DNA of 64,000 nt. Source: Gammaproteobacteria bacterium (GTDB lineage: Bacteria; Pseudomonadota; Gammaproteobacteria; Eutrophobiales; Eutrophobiaceae). Below, piece by piece: positions 10,191-19,336 of this stretch. The translations under genes were made by a program, and so were the position numbers. Every line of letters begins with the position of its first letter. The first letter of the stretch is position 1. The stretch spans positions 3,872,001 to 3,936,000 of the forward strand of contig OZ220696.1 of NCBI GenBank assembly GCA_965116495.1, in the 5' to 3' direction. Under the pieces are notes generated by a model that was not told the DNA's origin, searched no databases, and was given only the letters and a program-made list of their open reading frames with translations.

Positions 10191-12203
10191 ATGAGTAAAT
10201 TTTCCTTCAGTAAATGGATAATTGTCTCTCTGGCCCTGTTCATGTCCCTGTCAACTTACGCTAACGACGGCGTAAGGGAATTGATGAAGGATGCGAACTA
10301 CTGGGTCTATCCGGGAGGTAATTATAATAACTGGCGTTATTCTGAACTGGATCAGATAAATAACAACAATGCCGGTGACCTGGTGGCTGCGTGGACGTTT
10401 TCAACTGGACGTCTGCAAGGTCATGAGGGAGGTCCCCTGGTCCTGCCGTCAAGCGAGACCGGTCTGGACGCAGACCATCTGTATATTCACGCATCATTCC
10501 CGAATGATGTTTTTGCCATTAATCTTGAGACCCTGGAAATTACCTGGGATTTTGTACCAGCTCAGGATGAGGCGGCAACTGTCCCGAAGATGTGTTGTGA
10601 CATCGTGAATCGCGGGTTGGGATACAGCATGGGCCAGATTTACCTGCAAGCGGCTGACACCACTTTGTATGCATTGAATCCGGCGGACGGCAGCATTGTC
10701 TGGCAGACAAAGAACGGCGCTGATATCTCTGACGACATGGTTGGCCCCAGTGCTATGGGTGATGGCTCCGGTAAAGGTTATGGTCCGCATAACGGTATGA
10801 CCAACACCAACGCGCCGCACCCGATCAAGGACAAGGTCTTAACCGGATGTTCCGGCGCCGAGTTTGGCGTACGTTGCTGGATTGCAGCTTTCAATGCTGC
10901 TGACGGCAGCCTGGCCTGGCGTGCGTTCAGCATGGGTCCCGACGAGGATATCCTGTTTGACGAGAATACCACGTCCATGGGCGAACCGGTTGGTGCGGAT
11001 TCTTCCCTGAAGACCTGGTGTGCGTTTGACGCCGAAGTAGGTACCGGGAAGAGTTCCTGGGGCGAAATGGCACTGCGTGCCAACTCAGCCGCTGAGCGTG
11101 AATGTAAAGAGACTACCGACCAGTGGAAGATTGGCGGCGGCTCCGTATGGGGCTGGTGGCCTGCCGACTTCGATGAGAACCTGATGTACTACGGTAACGG
11201 CAACCCCGGCACCTGGAACCCGGTTGTTCGCCCTGGCGACAACAAGTGGTCCATGTCCATTTTTGCCCGTGACATCGACACCGGCGTAGCCCGCTGGGTT
11301 TACCAGATGACGCCCCACGATGAGTGGGACTATGACGGTATTAACGAGATGATCCTGGCCGAACTGGATATCGGCGGCACCATGACACCGGCATTGGTCC
11401 ATTTCGACCGTAACGGTTTCGGTTATACCATGAACCGCAAGACGGGCGAACTGCTGGTAGCTGAGAAGTATGACCCGGCCGTTAACTGGGCAACCCACGT
11501 CGATATGAAGACGGGTTATCCCCAGGTTGTCAATGAGTTCAGTACTCACTACAACGGTCAGGACGTTACTTCCAAGGATGTCTGCCCTGCCGCACTGGGT
11601 ACCAAGGACCAGCAACCTGCTGCCTACTCCCCGAAAACCAACTTGTTTTACGTACCGACAAACCACGTTTGCATGACCTATGAACCGGTCAGCGACGACG
11701 CTGGTGGCGTTACCTATGAACAAGCAGCCGGCAGCTGGTATGTAAATGCCAACCTGACGATGTATCCGGCCGGCCAGGTAATGGGTAACGGTACGACCAA
11801 CATGGGCAACTTTATTGCCTGGGATGCCAGCGAAGGCAAGATCGTATGGTCTATTCCTGAGCGGTGGTCGGTATGGAGCGGCGCACTGGCAACCAACGGT
11901 GACGTAGTCTTCTACGGTACACTTGAAGGCTATGCCAAGGCGATTGATGCCAGTTCCGGCAAGCTGCTGTGGCAATTCAAGACCCCATCAGGCATTATCG
12001 GCAACTTCAACACCTGGACCCATAAGGGCAAGCAATACGTTGGTGTCCTTTCCGGCATCGGCGGATGGGCCGGCGCTGTTGTGGCTATCCCGGTTCTGCG
12101 TGACATGTCCGGTGATGCAGCGTTGGGTGCTGTCGGCGGCTATCGCGCACTGTGGAATTCAACACGTAACAGTGGTGTGTTGATGGTGTTCAGCCTGCCG
12201 TAG
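10191..12203 (+). CDS. xoxF: Lanthanide-type PQQ methanol dehydrogenase (divergent XoxF)
   Basis: GAGGAGG RBS; signal peptide; CCD.VNRG vicinal Cys, GAEFG (metal Glu), GNPG.WN, HDEWDYDG.NE with the extra Ln-binding Asp, CPAALG.KDQQP, SGIGGWAG. Confidence 0.88.
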   Translation: MSKFSFSKWIIVSLALFMSLSTYANDGVRELMKDANYWVYPGGNYNNWRYSELDQINNNNAGDLVAAWTFSTGRLQGHEGGPLVLPSSETGLDADHLYIHASFPNDVFAINLETLEITWDFVPAQDEAATVPKMCCDIVNRGLGYSMGQIYLQAADTTLYALNPADGSIVWQTKNGADISDDMVGPSAMGDGSGKGYGPHNGMTNTNAPHPIKDKVLTGCSGAEFGVRCWIAAFNAADGSLAWRAFSMGPDEDILFDENTTSMGEPVGADSSLKTWCAFDAEVGTGKSSWGEMALRANSAAERECKETTDQWKIGGGSVWGWWPADFDENLMYYGNGNPGTWNPVVRPGDNKWSMSIFARDIDTGVARWVYQMTPHDEWDYDGINEMILAELDIGGTMTPALVHFDRNGFGYTMNRKTGELLVAEKYDPAVNWATHVDMKTGYPQVVNEFSTHYNGQDVTSKDVCPAALGTKDQQPAAYSPKTNLFYVPTNHVCMTYEPVSDDAGGVTYEQAAGSWYVNANLTMYPAGQVMGNGTTNMGNFIAWDASEGKIVWSIPERWSVWSGALATNGDVVFYGTLEGYAKAIDASSGKLLWQFKTPSGIIGNFNTWTHKGKQYVGVLSGIGGWAGAVVAIPVLRDMSGDAALGAVGGYRALWNSTRNSGVLMVFSLP

Positions 12204-12237
12204 ACCGAACAAACTTATTTACAAGTTTGTAATCATG

Positions 12238-12270
12238 ATCCCCGATATCAGTGATATCGGGGATTTTTTT
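12238..12270 (+). terminator. Intrinsic terminator after xoxF
   Basis: ATCCCCGATATC-AGT-GATATCGGGGAT followed by a T run. Confidence 0.88.
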
Positions 12271-12410
12271 GTGGAACTTATCCGGGAATTATCAATCATA
12301 TCCATATGGCCGGAGCGGCCGATTATGCTATGATGACGACAAAAAAATGAACAATCCGGTTTTTTCGCCAGGTGATGAGAAAACCGGGATGGATTAAGGG
12401 GATAGAGAAT

Positions 12411-12881
12411 ATGTATTTGAAAAGAAGTCTTTTTATAATGTTACTGTTACTGGGCTCCATGCAGGTGTCCGCCCAGCAGATTCACATCATTAACGCGGAA
12501 GCGCGTATATTCAATCCGGACGTGATTTACGTAGAGCCGGGCGATAACGTGAGGTTCGTCAATATGACGTCCCATGACGCCGTATCGATTAATCAAGTGC
12601 CGCTTCCCGACGGCCAGGTGTTCGAGGGAATGCTTCCCGAAGGCGCCGAAGGCTGGAAAAGTAAAATGGGCAACGATTTTACCCTGCAACTAGACATAGA
12701 AGGTGTGTATCCCTTTGTGTGCATTCCCCATATCGGGTTCGGAATGGTGGGTGTCATCGTAGTAGGTGAGCCGGTCAACATCGATACTGCCATGGAGAAT
12801 GCGAGAGCCAACCTTACGGGTGGCTGGCGGCGGCTTATCGGCAAGATCCTCAAAGTGCAGCGGGCTGCGAAGAAAGGTTGA
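12411..12881 (+). CDS. Periplasmic type-1 copper protein (pseudoazurin/plastocyanin-like)
   Basis: Signal peptide; F.PD.I.VEPGD.V.F, SH, and Y.FVC.PH...GMVG (His/Cys/His/Met ligands); helical C-terminal tail. Confidence 0.88.
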   Translation: MYLKRSLFIMLLLLGSMQVSAQQIHIINAEARIFNPDVIYVEPGDNVRFVNMTSHDAVSINQVPLPDGQVFEGMLPEGAEGWKSKMGNDFTLQLDIEGVYPFVCIPHIGFGMVGVIVVGEPVNIDTAMENARANLTGGWRRLIGKILKVQRAAKKG

Positions 12882-13753
12882 TGAAAATGAAAAAATACTT
12901 GCTGGCGTGCCTGTTGCTGGTATCCGGTGTGGCGTCCGTACCGGCAGACGTCGGGGAAATGACCGCGTTGAAAGTGTGCGCCGACCCGTTTATGCTGCCC
13001 TTTTCCAATCGCAAGGAGCAGGGCTTCGAGAACAGGATTGCGGAATTGTTCGCGGAGAAACTGGGCGTGGAACTACAGTATGAATTTTTCCCCCAGAGAA
13101 TAGGGTTTATCCGCAATACTCTCAAGGCAGAATCCGAGTCAGGCACCGGCTACAAGTGCGACCTGGTGATGAGCGCGCCGGTGAATTTCGAGCGGGCTGC
13201 GGCTACAAACCCTTATTACACCAGTTCCTATGCCCTGGTCATGGCCAGGGGCCGGGGAATGGATGATGTCACCTCTCCGGAAATGCTGGTTGAAATGGTC
13301 AACAATGGATTGGAAATAAAATTTGGCGTGACTGATCGTGGCCAGGACCAGTTCTGGGTGTTCAGGCACGGTCTGATGGGGAGTATAGTGCCGTACCAGG
13401 GACAACCTGGCGACCCCGAGGTGTATCCGGGTAAAACATTGACCGAGGATTTGCTTGCCGGGAGAATTGATGCGGCGATTATCTGGGGGCCTACCATAGG
13501 ATATTTTGCCAAAACCATGGAAGGTGGTGAGAATCTTATCATCCTGCCGTTAAGTGATGATCCTACGTCCGCCTACCTGAAGTTTACGTTCACTGTAGCA
13601 ATGGCGGTAAGGCACGGAGAAAAAGAGTGGAAGGACAAGGTAAATCAACTGATTGCCGAGAACCAGGCGGAAATCAACGCCATCCTGGAAGACTATGGCG
13701 TACCGTTGCTGCCGCTGGAAAAAATAGAAATACGGGAAGATGATGACGACTAA
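12881..13753 (+). CDS. xoxJ: MxaJ/XoxJ-family periplasmic binding protein
   Basis: LKVCADP..LPFSN...GFENRIA, GFIRNTL, CDLVM, WGP..GYF, L.DYGVPL. Confidence 0.9.
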   Translation: MKMKKYLLACLLLVSGVASVPADVGEMTALKVCADPFMLPFSNRKEQGFENRIAELFAEKLGVELQYEFFPQRIGFIRNTLKAESESGTGYKCDLVMSAPVNFERAAATNPYYTSSYALVMARGRGMDDVTSPEMLVEMVNNGLEIKFGVTDRGQDQFWVFRHGLMGSIVPYQGQPGDPEVYPGKTLTEDLLAGRIDAAIIWGPTIGYFAKTMEGGENLIILPLSDDPTSAYLKFTFTVAMAVRHGEKEWKDKVNQLIAENQAEINAILEDYGVPLLPLEKIEIREDDDD

Positions 13754-14522
13754 AATATCGGCCACAGAGATTCATCTGCGGATAATTCTATGCGCCCTGT
13801 GGCTATTTTCATCGGTGGTCGCTGTTGCCGAGGACGCGGATGACGGCGTAGAAGTGAAGGGGGCTACCATTGGCAGAATGGGCGACCCCGTTGCCGTTGA
13901 CCCGGATACCTATGAGTTTGCCGACGCGGAAGCCAAACTCTGGCTGGATAATCACCTGCAGAACATCAACAGCCCGGGGCGGCTTTATTACGATTTCGTC
14001 AAGCGCGGGAGTTACGAGGAAGGTTTCAGCGACTCCGTCTACCTGGATATCGTCGAGGTGAACGAGGACGGCAGCAAGAATGCCGACCTGGAATTTTTCA
14101 CCGCAGATAGACAGCAGGATGCGCGCGGCGACAACCTTGTCGGCGTAACGGGTAACCCGGTCCTGCTTGTCTATATGCAGGGAGACGTCTACGAGATGAA
14201 TCGCCTGACCAACGGCAGTTGGCGCTATTTCCAGAGGCGGATCAAGTCTGCTTTTGCAGAGGAAGCGAAAATAGAAACGGTTTCGTTTGAATATGACGGA
14301 ACGCAACTGACCGGCGAGAAAATTTCCATCACCCCGTATCTCAACGACCCCAGGCGGAGGCAGTTCGCCGAGTTTGCTCCCAAGGTGTATGAATTCATCC
14401 TGTCCGATCAGGTACCGGGGAAACTGTACCAGATCAAGACCGTCATCCCGGACACAGCACCGGACAAGGAACCGTTGATAGAAGAGATCCTGACCCTGCA
14501 GAACGCAGAATTCACGGACTGA
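13740..14522 (+). CDS. Conserved exported hypothetical protein of the xox cluster
   Basis: Overlaps xoxJ; signal peptide; GNPVL, YF..RI, I.PY..DP and VPG..Y.I pattern. Confidence 0.7.
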   Translation: MMTTKISATEIHLRIILCALWLFSSVVAVAEDADDGVEVKGATIGRMGDPVAVDPDTYEFADAEAKLWLDNHLQNINSPGRLYYDFVKRGSYEEGFSDSVYLDIVEVNEDGSKNADLEFFTADRQQDARGDNLVGVTGNPVLLVYMQGDVYEMNRLTNGSWRYFQRRIKSAFAEEAKIETVSFEYDGTQLTGEKISITPYLNDPRRRQFAEFAPKVYEFILSDQVPGKLYQIKTVIPDTAPDKEPLIEEILTLQNAEFTD

Positions 14523-14559
14523 TTTTTTCGTCGTTTGACAGTCCCATCAAGCAGCGCGT

Positions 14560-15381
14560 TCACCTGGCTGCATTGAGCAGCACCATGACTTCTCCCTTGC
14601 CTTTGTTCGCCATATCGCCGCTGTACAAACGGACTTCCGGGCCGAAATTTCGGAAAAACCGATAACGGCTGCCCATCCGGGAGAGCTGTTTGAAAAACAG
14701 GCGCAGATATTCCATCTTCAACGTACCGCAGTTCGCCAGGGTGGTGCCGATTTTCTCAGGACGCCTGCCCAGTATGATGGTCCCGCGTTTCATCCCGTAA
14801 CCCGGGAGTTTGCCGGATTTGCCCAGTATCAAAATGGTGCCGGCAACCATCCCCGCGCCGCTGAAGTCACCGGCGTCACCACCAATCATGATCATCCCGC
14901 GCCGCATCTTGTCACCGAGACGATTTCCGGCATTGCCCCATACCGTTATCAGGCCGTCCCGCATTCCCTGCATGCTGGTTCGGGCCCCGGCCCCGATGTA
15001 ATCGCCGGCATCGCCTTCGACATCGATCCTGCCCCAGTACATATCGCAGCCGAGCCAGTCGCCGCAACTGCCGTTGACCCTGATTGTGCCGCCTGTCATC
15101 CCGTGTCCGAGGTAACTGCCGCCGTGCGCCTTGACACTGATATGCCCGCGCGTCATCCGGTCGCCTATCCGGGTAACCAGTTCCGTCGTGCGGCGTAATT
15201 CGATATGCTCAGGGTCTTCCCCGCTAATGGAAAACAGCTCCCCGGCCCTGACCGGCCTGGAACCGTAGGCCAGTTCGATCCCGGCGATATTATCCGCGAC
15301 CGACAGCCTGTCCGGTGTCAGCGCTGATAAATCCAGTGTCCGCTGCGGTTTTTTCTTCAAGGTGAAAATCATGGGATTCAT
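14560..15381 (-). CDS. fhcC: Formyltransferase/hydrolase complex subunit C
   Basis: GltB/FmdC beta-helix GxxMxxG repeats; LDLSALTP and GD...GKGE motifs. Confidence 0.92.
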   Translation of the reverse strand: MNPMIFTLKKKPQRTLDLSALTPDRLSVADNIAGIELAYGSRPVRAGELFSISGEDPEHIELRRTTELVTRIGDRMTRGHISVKAHGGSYLGHGMTGGTIRVNGSCGDWLGCDMYWGRIDVEGDAGDYIGAGARTSMQGMRDGLITVWGNAGNRLGDKMRRGMIMIGGDAGDFSGAGMVAGTILILGKSGKLPGYGMKRGTIILGRRPEKIGTTLANCGTLKMEYLRLFFKQLSRMGSRYRFFRNFGPEVRLYSGDMANKGKGEVMVLLNAAR

Positions 15382-16274
15382 TTCAGAATTTCCCTGAGAT
15401 GGAAATGGTGAGGTCCCAGTTTTCCGCCGTAGTTGCCGGCACTGATCCGGTAGATGCCCTTGTCGGGCCCGTTTTTACAGACCGCCTCGATACCGGCGCG
15501 CATGGCGGCGCGGATCGCCGCTTCATTCAGGCCGTCTATGACGATCTCCAAGACGGAGCCGATTTCTTCCGTCAGCACGCTGTTTACCCGGCTTTTCAGG
15601 GTGGGACAGAAGACCTCGTTTGTCGAGGCCGGTAGAAATGAGTATTTCGAGCCTACCTTGGAACCGGAACCGACTATTCCGCCGGGAAACGTGGTAACAG
15701 CACCATCTACGGCGCGAATCGCCTTGACGGCTTTTTCGCAGGCGCTCAGACCGTGACGGGAGGTTTTTGCCATGACAAGGAAATTGCCGCCGCCGATGGC
15801 AGGAACGACGCCGGTGGTTTCTTCGCACAGAAATTCGCCGTGCATGACCGGGATGCGCCAGTAACGGATACCGTCCAGTATTTTTGATATCTGGTGCCCG
15901 TCGCCAAAATATCGCAGGCTTTTACCCAGGGGTAACATGGTATCGCTGTGGGTCCCGGCAAAACAGGCGCTGGTCGCGGTAGTCATTACGGATTGTCCGA
16001 CGCGCCGGGTGAGCTGGTCGGCCAACTGCGATTTCGACATGGCAAACATGATGATCGCTACACCGGGCCTGCCATCCGGGGTTTCTTCCGGTTTCAGTTC
16101 CCGCTCAATATCCGCCTCACAACCGCAGGCAATCACGGACGAAGCAAATCCGGTCAGGGAATTGGCCGCGATGTATGCATACTTCATGGTCATGGCGGTG
16201 ATGATCAGCCGGGTCGCCTTCATGGGGAAGGCTTCCGCAAACGTATCGTCAATGGTTACGCCGTTGATGTTCAT
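15378..16274 (-). CDS. fhcD: Formylmethanofuran:H4MPT formyltransferase (Fhc subunit D)
   Basis: IDDTFAEAF, TPDGRPG, LRYFGDG, GGGN, GSKVGSKY, SAGNYGGKLG. Confidence 0.95.
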   Translation of the reverse strand: MNINGVTIDDTFAEAFPMKATRLIITAMTMKYAYIAANSLTGFASSVIACGCEADIERELKPEETPDGRPGVAIIMFAMSKSQLADQLTRRVGQSVMTTATSACFAGTHSDTMLPLGKSLRYFGDGHQISKILDGIRYWRIPVMHGEFLCEETTGVVPAIGGGNFLVMAKTSRHGLSACEKAVKAIRAVDGAVTTFPGGIVGSGSKVGSKYSFLPASTNEVFCPTLKSRVNSVLTEEIGSVLEIVIDGLNEAAIRAAMRAGIEAVCKNGPDKGIYRISAGNYGGKLGPHHFHLREILK

Positions 16275-16292
16275 AATTAAAAGATATAATAA

Positions 16293-16431
16293 ATCCGCAG
16301 ATGACGCAGATTAACGCAGATGTTTTCAGGTATTATTTATGCCAGTCTGCTGTATGCCTGCATTCACGATAACAGCCTGAAAGATATAAAACTCTTAATA
16401 TAATCTGCGTTAATCTGCGTCATCTGCGGAT
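16293..16431. repeat. REPIN-like inverted repeat between fhcA and fhcD
   Basis: Perfect 29-bp arms ATCCGCAGATGACGCAGATTAACGCAGAT and its complement around an ~80-bp spacer; right arm encodes the fhcA C-terminus and stop. Confidence 0.85.
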
Positions 16432-18086
16432 AAATCCTGTTTGCAGTCATGCACCAGCAGCGAATGTTGATTATACCCCTCCAATTCGTCACGGCTGAGT
16501 TTGTAGTTTTCCAGGTTCATGGTCATGTACCTGTCAAAATAGCGTTTCAGGGGTTTTTCTATGCCCCGGTCGTAGTCCGGTTCGACCACGTGGGTGGACG
16601 TGGCCGGTATGGCGCAGACCTTGCCGTTCCGGACGCAGAGTTCGCCGCGTTTGAATACGTACTCCGGGCTGCTGAACATGGTCTCTGCGTTGCCGTCGGG
16701 TTTATAGACGGTGATATCCGCGGTTGCTCCAGTACCCAGGTGGCCGAGGTTGTCCAGTCCCAGGCTCCTGGCCGGCGCGGCGCGGGTGAGAATTGCGATC
16801 TCGTATAATGAATATTCCCGGTCGATTGTGGACAGGATACTTGCGCTGGCGGCATCCTTGTTGATAGTGGCCAGCATGTCGTTGCGGAAGCCCTTGTCCA
16901 TGAGCAGCCTGATCAAATGCGGATATGAAGTGAATGGTGCGCCGTTGGGGTGGTCGGTGGTCAAAAAGACGCGCCAGGGATCGTCAACGAGTAAAAATAT
17001 CTCAAGGCCGATACACCACTGGAGGGCATTGACGAAATTCCTGTCCCGGTAGCGGAACGGCACCACGCCGCAGCCGGCATCGCATTCTATGTCCATGCAG
17101 ACCCATTTATTCGGATGGGCGTGAACATGTCCCCTGTGCTGCGTCATACTGTCGGCAGACGTGGTGATGGTCTGGCCGAACATGATCTGGCCGACGTCAA
17201 TGGATACGTTTCCGTTCCGGTTGACAGCCTCTGCTATCCGGGCCGCTTCGGATGAGAATTTCCTGTCACCCTCCTGCCCGTAACTGTGGAACTGTACATG
17301 AGTCAGGTGCAAGGGCTTGCCCTCGGCTGCAGCTATGGTGTCAAGCGTTGTCCGGTAATTTCCGGGCACCCCCAGGTTGCAGCCATGCACGTGCAGTGGA
17401 TGAGGAATGCCGAGGGCGTCCAGTGCGTCAAGCAGCGCGCACAGGATGTTACGTGGGGTGATCCCGTAGCCGTTGTTTTTTTCATCCAGGTCCAGCTTTC
17501 TCTGGTTGAACTTGAACGCATTGATACCCCCCGGGTTCACTACCTTGATGCCCATTGCCCGTGCTGCGTGGATTGTCCAGGCCACATAATCGTTGATCAC
17601 GGATTGGTCTTTTTTGCCCTGCAGCAGGCGCAGCAGGAAATCGTCGTTACCGAGCAGAACGTAAGCGCCCGTGTCCAGCATGGGGGTGTCCGCCATTTCC
17701 AGGTGCGAGGCGCGTGCATTTACAGGCATCATCGCCGGTTCGAAACAGGTGGTATAACCCATTTCGGCATAACGGTAGCCGGTGACGAAACTGGTAGGGG
17801 CAATGGTGCCGGAGCCCGAATGCGTGAGGTCTCCCGGGGACACCGGGTGACTGTCGTGGTCATCTGCAAGTAGTAACCTGGCGATATTGACCTTGCCCCC
17901 GCCGATGTGGGTATGGATGTCAATACCGCCTGCCATCACGATGCGGCCGCCCAGGTTTATTACCTGGTGAATTTTCTGATCCGGCGCCGGTTCGACCAGC
18001 ATGCCGTCCTGGACGTACAGGTCCAGTATTCTGCCGTCTATGCCGTTAGCCGGGTCGTAGACCTTACCGCCTTCGAGCTTTATCAT
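16410..18086 (-). CDS. fhcA: Formyltransferase/hydrolase complex subunit A (amidohydrolase)
   Basis: Start MIKLEGGKVYDP at 18086 (ATGA overlap with fhcB); DIHTH, KVVNPGG, HPLHVH, HVQFHSY, TTDHPNG. Confidence 0.95.
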   Translation of the reverse strand: MIKLEGGKVYDPANGIDGRILDLYVQDGMLVEPAPDQKIHQVINLGGRIVMAGGIDIHTHIGGGKVNIARLLLADDHDSHPVSPGDLTHSGSGTIAPTSFVTGYRYAEMGYTTCFEPAMMPVNARASHLEMADTPMLDTGAYVLLGNDDFLLRLLQGKKDQSVINDYVAWTIHAARAMGIKVVNPGGINAFKFNQRKLDLDEKNNGYGITPRNILCALLDALDALGIPHPLHVHGCNLGVPGNYRTTLDTIAAAEGKPLHLTHVQFHSYGQEGDRKFSSEAARIAEAVNRNGNVSIDVGQIMFGQTITTSADSMTQHRGHVHAHPNKWVCMDIECDAGCGVVPFRYRDRNFVNALQWCIGLEIFLLVDDPWRVFLTTDHPNGAPFTSYPHLIRLLMDKGFRNDMLATINKDAASASILSTIDREYSLYEIAILTRAAPARSLGLDNLGHLGTGATADITVYKPDGNAETMFSSPEYVFKRGELCVRNGKVCAIPATSTHVVEPDYDRGIEKPLKRYFDRYMTMNLENYKLSRDELEGYNQHSLLVHDCKQDLSADDAD

Positions 18087-19321
18087 GCCGGATTGCCTTC
18101 CAATTGTGAGATAACCTCCCTGATGATCCGGGCGGCGCTGGGGGATCCGGAGTCTCTCACTTGTTTCAGGGGCATATTGATGATGTTGTCCGTCCTGAAC
18201 AGACTGCCGGCGTGGTCGATGCCGGGAATTCCCACGGGGATATAAACGTCGGCGTCTGCTGCCCCGGTACGGTATGGGGATAAAATTATCGTGGGGACGT
18301 TTAACGCCGGGGGACGGTCGTCTGCTAAAGTCGAGATCCATAGCAGGCTGTCCACGGCAGATATGTCGGCAGCGGCGCCGGACGGACATCCGGAACGAAA
18401 ATTGACGCCGGTCGGGAATCCGGTCTGCCAGGTAGCCACGCCCTGGAAGGATGCAGCGCCGTTACTGCCGCTGAGTGACAATCCGGCGAAGCGCTGCCGG
18501 GTGTTCAGGTCGCGCGCCAGGTCCAGTATCGAATTGATGATCAGGTCCGCATGGTCCTGCGGTAATGCTGCCGGGCACCATACCAGCACGCCATAACGCG
18601 CGTTCCGTACCATCCCTGCAACCTGGTTCAGTTTGCGGTTTTTTGCCGCCGGTATGGCCTGGTAGTCAGACAGTTGTTCATCTGCCAGTCTGGCGCGCAG
18701 CAGCGCCAGGTTGTCGGCTATTTCATCAGCGTGGCCGGACACGACAACGGGAGCGTGGTCATTGAATTCATTCAACTCCGCAGTACCGGGCCGGCCCAGG
18801 TAGGCCAGTTTCCTGTTGTTTGATGCGGCGAACAGGGAGTAGGGGGATTTGATGAAGCGTTCGATGAACCGGGGATAATCCCCGGTAACGTTTTCACCGA
18901 TAAAGATGACGGTATCCGCCCTGTTTTTCACCTCTGCCAGGGTGGTCATAATCCCGCCCCGGGTCTGTAGCGCTTTCAGGTTATGGCCGGCATGGTGTTC
19001 GTGTGCCTGCAGGAGCGCGGCATCGACCTTTTCGGCGAGGCGCAGGGCTGCGCGTATGCCGTCCACGTCGGTGCCGAGGCCCGCTATCAGCGGTTTGCCG
19101 GACTGTCGAAGTAGCGCGGCTGCGGCTGTTACCGCCTGGTCGATGGTCGCCGGAATGCCTTTAACGCTTGCCTGCGCAGCAGGGGGGGGAGCGGCAAAGC
19201 CCTGCACGGCAAGCCGGCAGTCGTTGGCGGATACGTCAAGTTGTTGCTGATTGTTACGGACCGTCAGGTCATCGCACAAAAGACTGCAAAACGGGCAGGT
19301 TACATTCGCTGTTGACGCCAT
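18083..19321 (-). CDS. fhcB: Formyltransferase/hydrolase complex subunit B (no Mo/W site)
   Basis: CPFCSLLCDD N-terminus, TTLAEVKNRAD, WQTGFP, G.LFRTD; lacks VCHGP and RGH motifs. Confidence 0.9.
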   Translation of the reverse strand: MASTANVTCPFCSLLCDDLTVRNNQQQLDVSANDCRLAVQGFAAPPPAAQASVKGIPATIDQAVTAAAALLRQSGKPLIAGLGTDVDGIRAALRLAEKVDAALLQAHEHHAGHNLKALQTRGGIMTTLAEVKNRADTVIFIGENVTGDYPRFIERFIKSPYSLFAASNNRKLAYLGRPGTAELNEFNDHAPVVVSGHADEIADNLALLRARLADEQLSDYQAIPAAKNRKLNQVAGMVRNARYGVLVWCPAALPQDHADLIINSILDLARDLNTRQRFAGLSLSGSNGAASFQGVATWQTGFPTGVNFRSGCPSGAAADISAVDSLLWISTLADDRPPALNVPTIILSPYRTGAADADVYIPVGIPGIDHAGSLFRTDNIINMPLKQVRDSGSPSAARIIREVISQLEGNPA

Positions 19322-19336
19322 TCGAAGTTAATGACT

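Noticed and set aside
10191-12203. Calcium-dependent MxaF
   Set aside because: The D-Y-D motif has the extra Asp, and there is no mxaI or mxaACKL
16293-16431. CRISPR array or tRNA
   Set aside because: It is a single inverted pair, not spaced direct repeats; no cas genes or tRNA cloverleaf were seen anywhere in the window
18087-18389. 101-aa N-terminal extension of fhcA in the ORF track
   Set aside because: It overlaps fhcB in another frame; homology starts at ATG 18086 with an ATGA overlap
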